Below, in pieces: positions 1 to 11,609 of a stretch of DNA of 64,000 bases; the first letter of the stretch is position 1; each line of letters opens with the position of its first letter. The notes under the pieces were generated by a model. That model was not told the origin of the DNA, ran no database searches, and saw only the letters and a list, made by a program, of their open reading frames with translations. The stretch is from Vicinamibacterales bacterium. GTDB lineage: Bacteria; Acidobacteriota; Vicinamibacteria; Vicinamibacterales; SCN-69-37. Position numbers and translations under genes: made by a program. The stretch spans positions 146,715 through 210,714 of the forward strand of contig JAURFE010000002.1 of the NCBI GenBank assembly GCA_030827135.1, read 5' to 3'.

Positions 1-1
1 C

Positions 2-1726
2 ACCGGCACCAGGACATTGCAGGACCAGGTGTTCTACAAGGACATCCCCGCCCTCGCGTCCGCCCTCGGCACAGAAATCAAGGCCGCCTACATGAAGGGC
101 CGCACGAATTTTCTGTGCCGGCATCGCTTCACCCGCCTCAGCGAGATCGCCGACACCTTGCCCGGCGACGAACAACACTGGGTCGAGACTCTCCGGGAGT
201 GGCTGCCGGACACCACGACGGGGGACCGCGCCGAAATCGCGGACATGCCCGATGTACTGCCGTTCTGGGCGGAAGTCACCGCGACCAGTGAACAGTGCCT
301 CGGGCGCGAGTGTCCCGACTTCGCAGACTGTTTCATCACCCGCATGCGCGAACGCGCCGATCGCGCCGACATCGTCGTGGTGAATCATCACTTGATGTGC
401 GCCGACGCGTCCGTGCGTCAGGGCGACTTCGGCGAAGTGATTCCCGCGTGCGACTTCGCCATCATCGATGAGGCCCATCAGCTCGAGGACGTTGTCACCC
501 AGTATTTCGGCATCGCGCTGAGCACCCATCGCCTTGACGAGTTCTCGAGGGACGCGGCACTCTCGGTGGGCGCAGTGCCCGCCACGGAGGGGCGTTTCGC
601 GGTGGCGTGGCAACACGCCATTGGCGACGTGGACCGCGCGGCGCGCCGATTGTTCGACACAGCCCGGCTGGAGGTGCGGCAGTCGCGCAGCGGCGACCGG
701 CTCATGCTCACGCCGGACATGGCGGACCGCTTGAGTCCGGACGCCACGGCGCTGCGGGAGGAGCTGGACCGCCTGCTCGCGGTCGCGCGCGACCTGACTC
801 CGTTGCCCGAGGATCTGGCGGCCATTGTCGCGCGCGCCTCGGGCTTGCGCGACGACGTGCGGGTCCTGCTGGCCGCTGCGGACCCGTCGTTTGTCCACTT
901 TGTCGAAGTACGCGGGCGGGGTGTCACCTTCCGCGCCGCGCCGATTGATGTCTCCGCGCTTGTGCGCGAGAAGGTCATTGGAGAGCGTCTCGCCACCGTC
1001 CTCACCTCCGCCACGCTCACCGTCGGCGGCTCGTTCGCCTACATGCAGGCCAGGCTTGGGCTCGAACACGCCGACACACTGCGACTGCCGTCAGAGTTCG
1101 ACTTCTCGACTCAGGCGCTGCTGTATCTGCCACCTGACATGCCTGACCCGCGATCGCCGGAGTTCAACGCGGCCGCCGCGGGCGTCATCGCCGAGTTGCT
1201 GGAGCGATCGGCAGGGCGCGCGTTCGTCCTGTTCACGTCCTATGCGGCGATGCAGGATGTGTACGATCGCGTGGTCCCGCACCTCAGCTGGCCGACATTC
1301 CTCCAGGGTGATGCCCCGCGGTCGGCGCTGCTGCGTGACTTTCGTGCCACACCCCACGCCGTGTTGTTCGCCACCGCGAGCTTCTGGCAGGGCGTCGATG
1401 TCGCGGGTGACGCGTTGAGTTGCGTCATCATCGACCGACTGCCGTTTGCCTCGCCAGGCGACCCTCTGGTGGCCGCCCGCATCAGTGCCATTCAGGCCGC
1501 CGGGGGCCATCCGTTCCACGATTATCAGATTCCGCTCGCAACCCTGACCCTGCTGCAGGGCCTGGGGCGCCTGATCCGCACGCGCGGCGACCGCGGCGTC
1601 ATGGCGGTGCTCGACCCGCGCCTGACGAAGATGCCGTACGGCCGCCGGTTCCTCGCGTCCTTTCCGCCCGCCCCGGTGTCGCGGAACCTGCACGATGTCG
1701 CCACGCTGTTCAGGACCGAATGCTAA
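2..1726 (+). CDS. DinG/YoaA-family ATP-dependent DNA helicase, 5'-truncated by the window edge
   Basis: Frame is open from base 2 (TGTRTLQDQ, motif Ia). Fe-S cysteines NFLC...CLGRECPDFADC, DEAH box, LTSATL, FWQGVD and QGLGRLIRT motifs are present. Confidence 0.92.
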   Translation, partial: TGTRTLQDQVFYKDIPALASALGTEIKAAYMKGRTNFLCRHRFTRLSEIADTLPGDEQHWVETLREWLPDTTTGDRAEIADMPDVLPFWAEVTATSEQCLGRECPDFADCFITRMRERADRADIVVVNHHLMCADASVRQGDFGEVIPACDFAIIDEAHQLEDVVTQYFGIALSTHRLDEFSRDAALSVGAVPATEGRFAVAWQHAIGDVDRAARRLFDTARLEVRQSRSGDRLMLTPDMADRLSPDATALREELDRLLAVARDLTPLPEDLAAIVARASGLRDDVRVLLAAADPSFVHFVEVRGRGVTFRAAPIDVSALVREKVIGERLATVLTSATLTVGGSFAYMQARLGLEHADTLRLPSEFDFSTQALLYLPPDMPDPRSPEFNAAAAGVIAELLERSAGRAFVLFTSYAAMQDVYDRVVPHLSWPTFLQGDAPRSALLRDFRATPHAVLFATASFWQGVDVAGDALSCVIIDRLPFASPGDPLVAARISAIQAAGGHPFHDYQIPLATLTLLQGLGRLIRTRGDRGVMAVLDPRLTKMPYGRRFLASFPPAPVSRNLHDVATLFRTEC

Positions 1727-1748
1727 AATGCCCGCGGAGGCTTTCTGT

Positions 1749-2753
1749 ATGACCCGTCACTCGTATCTTCGCGGATTCGTTGCGCTGGCCCTGACGCTGA
1801 CCTCGACCCTCGCCTTTGCCCAGGCCATGGGACAGGTCCGCGGACGGATCGTCGACGACAAGGGCCAGGGCGTGCCCGAGGCCGAAGTCGTCATGGAGTA
1901 CGTCGGAGACGTCCAGTTGGCTGTGACGTTCAAGACCAATGTGCGCGGCGAGTTTGTGCGCTCGGGTCTGCGGACCGGCACATGGCGGTTGCAGGCGACC
2001 AAGGGTGACCTGGTGGGCCGCAACAACTCCGTGCAGATCACCATCAGCAACATGACGCAGCTCGAACCGATCGTGCTCAAGGTTCCGGTCGCCACCACCA
2101 CAGGCACCGTCGATACCGCCGGCATGACAGCGGAGGAGATCGAGGCGCGCAACAAGCTCATGGAATCGCTCAAGGCCGACTTCGCGGCCGGCGACGCGAT
2201 CATCACGTCGGACCCAGACGGCGCAATCGCCAAATTCATGGCCGTCGCGGAGAAGGTGCCGGGCTGCGGCGTCTGTTACAGCCGCGCCGGAGACGCGCAA
2301 CTGGTCAAGAAGGACGATGCCGCTGCGGAAGCCGCGTTTCTGAAGGCCATCGAACTGGACCCCAAGACGGTGGAGGCCTACTCGGCCCTGTCGGGAATCT
2401 ACAACCGCCAGAAGAAGTTCAAGGAAGCCGCGGCGATGAGCGCGAAGGCCAATGAACTGCAGGGCGCAGCCGGTGGCGGCGGCAGTGCGGCCGACGTGCT
2501 GAATCTCGGCATCATCGCCTGGAACGCCGGGCAGTTCCCGGAAGCCAAGGGGCACTTCGAAAGAGCGACGCAGCTCGACCCGAAGCTGGCGGACGCGTTC
2601 TTCCGCCTCGGCATGGCGAACATCAATCTGGGCCAGCTGCCCGCCGCGGTCACGGCGTTTGAGGAATACCTGAAGCTCGCCCCCACGGGTGAACACGCCG
2701 AAATGACCAAGGGCATTCTGAAGAGCATCAAGGGCGACCGCCCCCGCGCGTGA
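1749..2753 (+). CDS. Secreted protein with a carboxypeptidase-regulatory-like N-domain and C-terminal TPRs
   Basis: Signal peptide ending AFA-Q, GQVRGRIVDDKGQGVPEAEV beta-sandwich start, TPR repeats (AFLKAIELDP, FERATQLDP, YLKLAP). GGAGG SD lies before ATG 1749. Confidence 0.8.
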   Translation: MTRHSYLRGFVALALTLTSTLAFAQAMGQVRGRIVDDKGQGVPEAEVVMEYVGDVQLAVTFKTNVRGEFVRSGLRTGTWRLQATKGDLVGRNNSVQITISNMTQLEPIVLKVPVATTTGTVDTAGMTAEEIEARNKLMESLKADFAAGDAIITSDPDGAIAKFMAVAEKVPGCGVCYSRAGDAQLVKKDDAAAEAAFLKAIELDPKTVEAYSALSGIYNRQKKFKEAAAMSAKANELQGAAGGGGSAADVLNLGIIAWNAGQFPEAKGHFERATQLDPKLADAFFRLGMANINLGQLPAAVTAFEEYLKLAPTGEHAEMTKGILKSIKGDRPRA

Positions 2754-3445
2754 TCAGTCAGCACGTGCACGCGGTGCGCCGCCGCCTTGAAGCGGCGGCG
2801 CACCGCGCGCAGTCTCCGACCGTCCCCACCCTCATCGCCGTTTCCAAGACCTTTCCGGCCGGCGACGTACGCGAGGCGGCTGCGGCGGGCCAACGCGACT
2901 TCGGCGAAAACCGTGTGCAGGAGGGCCTCGACAAGGCCGCAGCCACGGCTGATCTCGGATTGACGTGGCATCTGATTGGCCATCTGCAGACCAACAAGGC
3001 GCGCAAGGCAGCCGCAGCATTTCAGTGGATTCACTCGATCGACAGCCTGGACCTGCTGCGGAAAGTGGACGCCGGCGCCGCTGAGGCCGGGACGTCACCG
3101 AATCTGCTGTTGCAGGTAGACCTCGCGGGAGAAGAGACCAAGTTCGGCGCTCCCCCCGAGGCGCTGCGTGCGCTGGCCGCGGCCGCACTGGAGTTGAAGG
3201 CGGCGCGCCTGCGCGGCCTGATGATTATCCCGCCGGCGGTCGACGACCCGAACGACGCGCGACCCTGGTTCCGCCGGCTGCGCGACGTCCGGGACCAGCT
3301 GGTGTCGGACGGGATTCCGGCTGAGGCGCTGCGCGAACTGTCAATGGGCATGAGTCACGATTTCGAAGTCGCGATCGAAGAAGGCGCCACAATGGTCCGC
3401 GTGGGCACCGCCATCTTCGGCGGCCGGCCACCGGTGACACCGTGA
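2750..3445 (+). CDS. yggS: YggS-family PLP homeostasis protein
   Basis: LIAVSKT, FGENRVQE, WHLIGHLQTNK, LSMGMSHDFEVAIEEGATMVRVGTAIFG. Confidence 0.95.
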   Translation: MISQHVHAVRRRLEAAAHRAQSPTVPTLIAVSKTFPAGDVREAAAAGQRDFGENRVQEGLDKAAATADLGLTWHLIGHLQTNKARKAAAAFQWIHSIDSLDLLRKVDAGAAEAGTSPNLLLQVDLAGEETKFGAPPEALRALAAAALELKAARLRGLMIIPPAVDDPNDARPWFRRLRDVRDQLVSDGIPAEALRELSMGMSHDFEVAIEEGATMVRVGTAIFGGRPPVTP

Positions 3446-4677
3446 TGACCACGCTGCTGATTGAACACCTGGACCAGTTGTTCACCGTCGCCGGTCCCGG
3501 ACCACGCGCCGGTGCCCGGCAGGGCGACCTCACGGCCATCACCGATGGAGCCGTCGCGATCAACGGTGCCACCATCGTCGCCGTCGGCACGTCCGCAGAC
3601 GTGCGGGCCGCTGTCACCATCACGCCGGCCACCACCGTCGTTGACGGCCGGGGCCGATCACTGGTGCCTGGGTTTGTGGATCCCCACACACATGTGGTGT
3701 TTGCCGGGGACCGACGGGATGAACTGCGCCGCCGGTTGTCCGGAGCCGGCTACGCGGAGATCGCGGCCGCTGGTGGCGGCATCCTCTCGACCGTCCGGGC
3801 CACACGGGCCGCAACCGAAGAGGAACTCGCCGCGCAGACGCTCGGACGGCTGAAGGAGATGCTCAGGGCGGGCACCACCACTGCGGAATCCAAGAGTGGA
3901 TACGGCCTGGACACCGGGACCGAGGTGCGCATGTTGCGCGTATCGCACACGTTGTCCGGGATGCAGCCGATCGAACTGGCCACCACGTTCATCGGCGCGC
4001 ATGAGGTGCCGCCCGAATATCGCGGCAGGCAATCCGAGTACGTCCGGCACGTCATCGCGGACATGCTGCCGGCGGCGGCGCCCCATGCCGAGTGGTGTGA
4101 CGTGTTCTGCGACAAGGGCTTCTTCACGCCGGACGAATCACGGGCGATTCTTGAGGCCGGCACGGCGTTGGGGCTGAAGCCCCGCATCCACGCCGACGAA
4201 CTGGCCGCCAGCGGCGGCGCGGAGGTGGCCGCGGCCGTTGGCGCGCGATCGGCAGACCATCTCATCCACGCCACCCCGCATGGCATCGCCGCGATGGCGG
4301 CCGCCGGCGTGATCGCGACACTACTGCCGTGTGCCGCCTTCTATCTGAAACTCGGACAATTCGCCCCGGCGCGCGCATTCATCAACGCCGGAGTGCCTGT
4401 GGCCCTCGCGACTGACGTGAATCCTGGTGGCGGGTTTTCCCCGTCGATGCCGTTCGCGATGACGCTGGCGTGTTTCGCGATGGGCATGACGTTTGAGGAA
4501 GCCCTCGTGGCCTCCACCATCAATGCCGCCGCGTCGCTGGATCGGCAGGATCGGATCGGCAGCCTCGAACCCGGCAAACAGTTTGATGCCGTGTTGATCA
4601 GTGGCCCCGCGATCAACCTGCTGCGCGCCAACGCGTCGCCCATTCTCACGGTGTACAAGAAAGGTATCCCATGCTGA
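3442..4677 (+). CDS. hutI: Imidazolonepropionase
   Basis: PGFVDPHTH, GGGILSTVRATR, ESKSGYGL, DVFCDKG, IHADEL, ALATDVNPG. Confidence 0.93.
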   Translation: MMTTLLIEHLDQLFTVAGPGPRAGARQGDLTAITDGAVAINGATIVAVGTSADVRAAVTITPATTVVDGRGRSLVPGFVDPHTHVVFAGDRRDELRRRLSGAGYAEIAAAGGGILSTVRATRAATEEELAAQTLGRLKEMLRAGTTTAESKSGYGLDTGTEVRMLRVSHTLSGMQPIELATTFIGAHEVPPEYRGRQSEYVRHVIADMLPAAAPHAEWCDVFCDKGFFTPDESRAILEAGTALGLKPRIHADELAASGGAEVAAAVGARSADHLIHATPHGIAAMAAAGVIATLLPCAAFYLKLGQFAPARAFINAGVPVALATDVNPGGGFSPSMPFAMTLACFAMGMTFEEALVASTINAAASLDRQDRIGSLEPGKQFDAVLISGPAINLLRANASPILTVYKKGIPC

Positions 4678-5276
4678 TCGACCGCACGTTACCGTCATTC
4701 CTTGATGCGATCTCCAGCGCCGAGCCCACGCCCGGGGGCGGATCCGCCGCGGCGCTTGCCGGCGCCACGGGTGCGGCCCTGCTCGCGATGGTGGCCGGCA
4801 TGCCGAAGACCCGTACCAATGCGATCGTCGAACGCGAAGCGCTCGATCAGGCTCACACGGAACTCCTCGCGCTCCAGGAGACACTCGTGCAGCTCATCGA
4901 TCGCGATGCGTCCGCGTACGATCTGGTCGTGGCCGCCTTCCGCAAGCCCAAGGCGACCGACGAGGACAAGGTCGAGCGCAAGGCGGCGATCCAGGACGCC
5001 ACACGCGTCGCCACAGAGGTGCCTGTCGACACCATGCGGGCGTGTGTGGCCGCGATGCGGGCAGGACTCGCGTCAGTGGCGCACGGCAACCCATCGGCCG
5101 CGTCCGACGGCAAGGTGGGGTTCAGGCTGCTGATGGCCGCAGCCCTCAGCGCCAAGGACAATGTCGATATCAACCTTGGCGGCCTGACCGACCTGGCGCT
5201 GCAGGCGCGTCTGAAGGAAGAGTCGGAACAGCTGGCCGCGCAGGCGGTGGCGCTCCACGCCGACGTCCTGGGCTAG
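4671..5276 (+). CDS. Formiminotetrahydrofolate cyclodeaminase / cyclohydrolase (FTCD_C) family protein
   Basis: SSAEPTPGGGSAAAL, LIDRDASAY, GNPSAASD, NVDINL motifs; follows hutI. Confidence 0.88.
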   Translation: MLIDRTLPSFLDAISSAEPTPGGGSAAALAGATGAALLAMVAGMPKTRTNAIVEREALDQAHTELLALQETLVQLIDRDASAYDLVVAAFRKPKATDEDKVERKAAIQDATRVATEVPVDTMRACVAAMRAGLASVAHGNPSAASDGKVGFRLLMAAALSAKDNVDINLGGLTDLALQARLKEESEQLAAQAVALHADVLG

Positions 5277-5874
5277 CGGACGGTGTTCAGCAGGCGCTCC
5301 CACCGGAGTCCCGCGTCGAACGAAAAATAGATGAAGAGGGCCCGGCCCTTGACGTACGTGGCTGGCAGGAAGCCCCAGTACCGGCTGTCCTCGGAGTTGT
5401 CCCGGTTGTCGCCCATCATGAAGAACTGCCCGTCGGGTACGGTGATGGGACCGTAAAACTCGCGCAGATCGCCGCTGGCCCCGAACGACTCCGTCGACGC
5501 GGGGCTCGCGTAATGCGCCCACGACTCCTCAAGCGGCTGGCCGTTGATGTACAGCACCTTGCGGCGCAGCTCGAGCCGGTCTCCTGGCAGGCCGATCACG
5601 CGCTTGATGAAGTCCCGCTCCGGCGCCTCCGGATACTTGAAGACCACAATGTCGCCGCGGCGCACGTCGCGTCTGGGGAGCATCAGACGCTCGGCGCCAG
5701 TCGCCGACGGCGAGAAGATCATCTTGTTGACGATCAGGTGATCGCCGATAAGCAGGTTCGGCTCCATTGAGCCGGTGGGAATCTTGAAGGCCTGAAACAC
5801 GAAGGTGCGGACAAACAGCGCAAGCACCACTGCGATAATCAGTGATTCGGCGTATTCACGCACCACCGACTTCT

Positions 5875-5878
<4 letters not shown>
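5273..5878 (-). CDS. lepB: Signal peptidase I
   Basis: [10 protein letters not shown] (catalytic Ser), [11 protein letters not shown] (catalytic Lys), [14 protein letters not shown]; downstream of lepA. Confidence 0.96.
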
Positions 5879-7680
<1,802 letters not shown>

Positions 7681-7695
7681 GTCACTCCAGGACGA

Positions 7696-8850
7696 TCAGC
7701 GCTGATCAATCGGCAACACCTGTTGCGGGTACGCGGGGCCGATGTACTCCGTCCGCGGACGGATCAGGCGGTTGTTCTGATACTGCTCAAGCACGTGGGC
7801 GGTCCATCCCGAGATGCGGCTGACTGCGAAGATGGGCGTATAGAGGTCGATGGGAATGCCGAGCGAATAAAACATCGACGCCGAATAGAAGTCGACGTTC
7901 GGGTTGAGCTTCTTCTCGGCCTTGACGACGTGCTCAATCCGATCGGACATCGCATACCACTGCGGCTGCCCGGCCTTGTCGCCGATGGATTTGGAGAACC
8001 GGCGCAGGTGTGTCGCGCGCGGATCCTCCGTGCGATACACGCGATGGCCGAAGCCGGAGATCTTCTCCTTGCGCGCCAGCTTGGCACGAATGAACTCTTC
8101 AGCGCGCTCGACACCGGCATCCTGGCCAATCTCGAGGAGCATCTTCATCACTTCCGCGTTTGCGCCGCCGTGCAGCGGGCCCTTGAGCGCGCCGATGGCG
8201 CCGACGATGGCCGAGTGCAGGTCGGTCAGGGTCGCAGCTGACACACGCGCGGCAAACGTCGAGGCGTTGAGTTCGTGGTCGGCGTGCAGTACGAGCGACA
8301 CGTCAAACGCGCGCGCGGCCAGCGCGGACGGCCGCGTGCCGGTCAGCATGTAGAGAAAGTTGGCCGCGTGACCGAGCGCCGGATCGGGGTCGATGTGGCC
8401 GCCGCCAGCCTGTATCCGGCCCCACGTCGCAACCAGCGAGGACAGCTGCCCGGCCAACCGGATCGCCTTGCGGTAATTGGCCTCGGGCGTGGAGAGGGCG
8501 GTCTCGGGATCGAAGTGGCCCAGCATCGACGTCAGCGTGCGAAGGGCGTCCATGCCGTCCACATGCGGCATCGACTTCATGGCCCGCAGAATCGGCTCCG
8601 GCAGGATACGCGCGGCCGCGAGCTGCGTCTGCAAATCCCCGAGTTCGGCGCGTGACGGCAGCCGTCGATGCCACAGGAGGAAGCAACACTCCTCAAACGA
8701 CACGCCGTGGTCCATGTCCGCAAGGTCGTGGATGTCGTATCCGCAGTAGGACAACACCCCGCGATCACCGTCGATGTAACAAATTGCGGATTCGCCGGCG
8801 ACGACGTCCTCGAGTCCGGCCTTGGGTTTCACGGGTGTTGCGGTCGACAT
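7696..8850 (-). CDS. Citrate synthase / 2-methylcitrate synthase family (short dimeric type)
   Basis: LHADHELNASTF, GPLHGGANAEV, GFGHRVY, NVDFYS, RLIRPR. Confidence 0.92.
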   Translation of the reverse strand: MSTATPVKPKAGLEDVVAGESAICYIDGDRGVLSYCGYDIHDLADMDHGVSFEECCFLLWHRRLPSRAELGDLQTQLAAARILPEPILRAMKSMPHVDGMDALRTLTSMLGHFDPETALSTPEANYRKAIRLAGQLSSLVATWGRIQAGGGHIDPDPALGHAANFLYMLTGTRPSALAARAFDVSLVLHADHELNASTFAARVSAATLTDLHSAIVGAIGALKGPLHGGANAEVMKMLLEIGQDAGVERAEEFIRAKLARKEKISGFGHRVYRTEDPRATHLRRFSKSIGDKAGQPQWYAMSDRIEHVVKAEKKLNPNVDFYSASMFYSLGIPIDLYTPIFAVSRISGWTAHVLEQYQNNRLIRPRTEYIGPAYPQQVLPIDQR

Positions 8851-8874
8851 GGGTCCGGCAGTCCTTACGTGTAA

Positions 8875-10365
8875 CTAGTCCGCAATCTGCGGCGCCTTCA
8901 ACAGCGCATCGTCACCAAACTGCTGCAGCAGCGACATGACGCCTGTGTAGAGGAAACCAAACTGGAACAGCACCAGAAACGGCAGCGTCCCGTAGATGCC
9001 GTGAGTCAGGGCGTAGATCACGGTGTAGGTGAAGTACAAGCCCAATGCGACTTCGATCATCGGCTGCACCGCCATGGTCTGGTGGTACTTCTTGCCCTGC
9101 CAGCCGTCCTTGTTGTTGGCGATGCCGTACTTCGCCGTGCGGGCGAACTCGCCGGGGCCGCCAAACAGGGCTTCGAACACCGCCTTGGTGTTGTTGACCG
9201 CGAGTCCGATGCCGATGGACATGACAATCGGCAGGAACTTCACGCGCGACTTCCAGTCGGTATAGAGCTCACGCTGCGACACGAGGTAGAAATTGGCGAC
9301 CGACGCCGTGGCCGCCATGAACAGCGGCACGTCGATCAGCAACATCTCGGTCCAGCCCATGTTGTAGCGCACCACCATCGCCGGGAACATGAGCACCGAC
9401 AGCACACACATCAACACATAGTTGAAGTTGGCCGTGAGATGAAAAAATGCTTCGATCTTGACCTTGCGCGGCAGGTCCGAGGCGAGGATGGCAGGCAGCA
9501 CCTTTTTGCACGTCTGAATGCTGCCCTTCGCCCACCGATGCTGCTGCGACTTGAACGCGTTCATTTCCACCGGCACTTCCGCCGGCGTCACCAGGTCGGG
9601 CAGGAACAAAAACTGCCAGCCGCGCAACTGGGCGCGATAGCTGAGGTCGAGATCTTCGGTCAGCGTGTCGTGCTGCCAGCCGCCCGCGTCGCCAATCGCG
9701 GCACGCCGCCACACGCCGCCCGTGCCGTTGAAGTTGAAGAAACACCCGGCGCGGTTGCGTCCGCCATGTTCGAGCACGAAGTGTCCGTCGAGCAGAATCG
9801 ACTGAATCTTCGTCAGGAGCGAATAGGACCCGTTGATGTGCCCCCACCGCGCCTGCACCACGGCGACTTTCGGATTCTGGAAATGGCCGATGGTCTTCAT
9901 CAGGAAGTCCGACGGCGGCACAAAGTCCGCGTCGAAGATCGCCATGAATTCACCGCGCGCGACTTTCATCGCTTCATCCAGCGCGCCGGCCTTGTACCCG
10001 GTGCGATCAGTGCGATGGAGATAGTGGATGTCAAACCCGAGGGCGGCGTAGCGCTGAACGGCGGCGGCCGCAATCTCCCTCGTTTCGTCGGTGGAGTCGT
10101 CGAGCACCTGGATCTCCATCCGATCCTTCGGGTAGTCGATCTCACACACGGCGTCGACCAGGCGATCGACGACGTACATCTCGTTGAAGATGGGCAGCTG
10201 AATCGTCACCACCGGCAGGTCGGCCATCGGCGGAGGCGGCCCGGGCACCCGGTGTTTGTTCTTCATGTACTCGTACACGAGGTAGTACCGATGCCACCCG
10301 TAAATACCCAGGATGCTCAGTACGAAGAAGTAGGCGACAAGAATTCCGGTTTCGAGTTCTGACAT
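8875..10365 (-). CDS. Membrane GT2 processive glycosyltransferase (cellulose-synthase-like / CslA-like)
   Basis: QLPIFNE, DDSTD, GYKAGAL, FDADF, TLTEDLD and QQHRWAKG (D,D,D,QxxRW); N- and C-terminal TM segments. Confidence 0.9.
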   Translation of the reverse strand: MSELETGILVAYFFVLSILGIYGWHRYYLVYEYMKNKHRVPGPPPPMADLPVVTIQLPIFNEMYVVDRLVDAVCEIDYPKDRMEIQVLDDSTDETREIAAAAVQRYAALGFDIHYLHRTDRTGYKAGALDEAMKVARGEFMAIFDADFVPPSDFLMKTIGHFQNPKVAVVQARWGHINGSYSLLTKIQSILLDGHFVLEHGGRNRAGCFFNFNGTGGVWRRAAIGDAGGWQHDTLTEDLDLSYRAQLRGWQFLFLPDLVTPAEVPVEMNAFKSQQHRWAKGSIQTCKKVLPAILASDLPRKVKIEAFFHLTANFNYVLMCVLSVLMFPAMVVRYNMGWTEMLLIDVPLFMAATASVANFYLVSQRELYTDWKSRVKFLPIVMSIGIGLAVNNTKAVFEALFGGPGEFARTAKYGIANNKDGWQGKKYHQTMAVQPMIEVALGLYFTYTVIYALTHGIYGTLPFLVLFQFGFLYTGVMSLLQQFGDDALLKAPQIAD

Positions 10366-10414
10366 AGGCTGGGGTCCAGACCCAAACTGCGACCCACTAT
10401 TCTAACCGGCTTCT

Positions 10415-10502
10415 CGAGGTTCCGAAGTCCCGAGGTGCCAAAGTCCCGAGGTGCCGAAGTCCCGAGGTGCCGAAGTCCCGAAGTCGCGAGGCTCCGAGGT
10501 GC
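10415..10502. repeat. Tandem array of 11 octamers (consensus CGARGTSC)
   Basis: cgaggttc cgaagtcc cgaggtgc caaagtcc cgaggtgc cgaagtcc cgaggtgc cgaagtcc cgaagtcg cgaggctc cgaggtgc, between the divergent GT2 and yceI genes. Confidence 0.92.
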
Positions 10503-10581
10503 TCGGGGCTTGACAGGTTCAAGGCTAGTCGTGCAGACTATATTCGTTTTAACGACTTGCCTCTAACCAATGGAGCCCCCA

Positions 10582-11133
10582 ATGACCACCCTTACCGCGC
10601 CTGCCACCACAACCTGGGCCATCGACGCCTCCCACAGCGAAGTGGGCTTTGCCGTCAAACATCTCATGATTTCGACCGTCCGCGGGCGCTTCGCCGGCGT
10701 GACAGGCACCGTCACGTTCGCGGACGGCGACTTCAGCCAGGCCACCGCCGAGGTCACCGTCGACGCCGCCAGCATCGACACCCGCGAAGAGAAGCGCGAC
10801 GCCCACCTGCGTTCCGCCGATTTCTTCGACGTCGAGAAATTCCCGGCACTCACCTTCAAGAGCCGCCGCGTTCAGGCCATCTCCGGCGACACCTTTCAAT
10901 TGGTTGGCGACCTGACCATCAAGAACATCTCAAAAGAAGTGGTGCTCGACGTCGAGTTTGCCGGCGCTCAGAAGGATCCGTGGGGCAACCAGAAGAGCGG
11001 GTTCACGGCAACCACCAGAATCAGCCGGACCGCATTCGACCTGACGTGGAACGCGGCGCTTGAAACGGGCGGCGTCCTCGTCGGCGACGACATCAAGATT
11101 TCGCTCGACGTCCAGCTGCTGAAGACGACGTAG
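10582..11133 (+). CDS. YceI-family lipid/polyisoprenoid-binding protein
   Basis: WAIDASHSEVGFAVKHLMISTVRGRF, RDAHLRSADFFDVEKFP, GDLTIK, DPWGN; GGAG lies before ATG 10582. Confidence 0.93.
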   Translation: MTTLTAPATTTWAIDASHSEVGFAVKHLMISTVRGRFAGVTGTVTFADGDFSQATAEVTVDAASIDTREEKRDAHLRSADFFDVEKFPALTFKSRRVQAISGDTFQLVGDLTIKNISKEVVLDVEFAGAQKDPWGNQKSGFTATTRISRTAFDLTWNAALETGGVLVGDDIKISLDVQLLKTT

Positions 11134-11149
11134 ACCCGAGAGTGCCGGC

Positions 11150-11609
11150 GCGGGGTGGCCACTCCGCGTCGGCCTGACGCGCGAACGGATTTCGCGCACA
11201 CGCCGGCCCCCGGATCAAAACACTCGAGATACGACACGTCGCGTGCCTCATCGGCACCGTGATCAAAAAAGTCGGTCGACAGCAGCTACGTGCCGAGAAC
11301 GGTGTCATCAAGGCGTCTGAACGATTCGCTGACACCTCCACCCCACTGATGCGGGCGCACCCATTGCAGCGGTCCGGCGACCATTGACGCGATCGAGAGT
11401 CTCGACTCATGGCGAGGAATACGCTGGATGTACGACTGGGCAAACGTCCGAAACGTCGTGCGGTCCACCCGCAGAAAACCGACACGGCGCTCGAGAATCG
11501 CGACGATAAGGTCGGCCGCATCGCGGCGCCACCAGGCCCAGGTGCCCAGCATCGCGAGCCCGCCTGTGGCCAATCCCCACCGCACGAACGCACGCCGCGA
11601 CCACGTCAT
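11150..11609 (-). pseudogene. Disrupted small Tat-like partner of a GMC oxidoreductase
   Basis: MTWSRRAFVRWG... (twin-Arg-like). In-frame TAG at 11286-11288, after which the frame continues LLSTDFFDHGADEARDVSY...C; an apparent frameshift precedes NPFAR. The 3' end is approximate. Confidence 0.6.

Noticed and set aside
10415-10502. Possible CRISPR array
   Set aside because: Contiguous 8/16-nt units with no unique spacers, and no cas genes in the window.
11286-11288. Pyrrolysine or programmed readthrough at the in-frame TAG
   Set aside because: The surrounding locus has several other lesions and no pyl genes are present; pseudogenisation is the simpler explanation.
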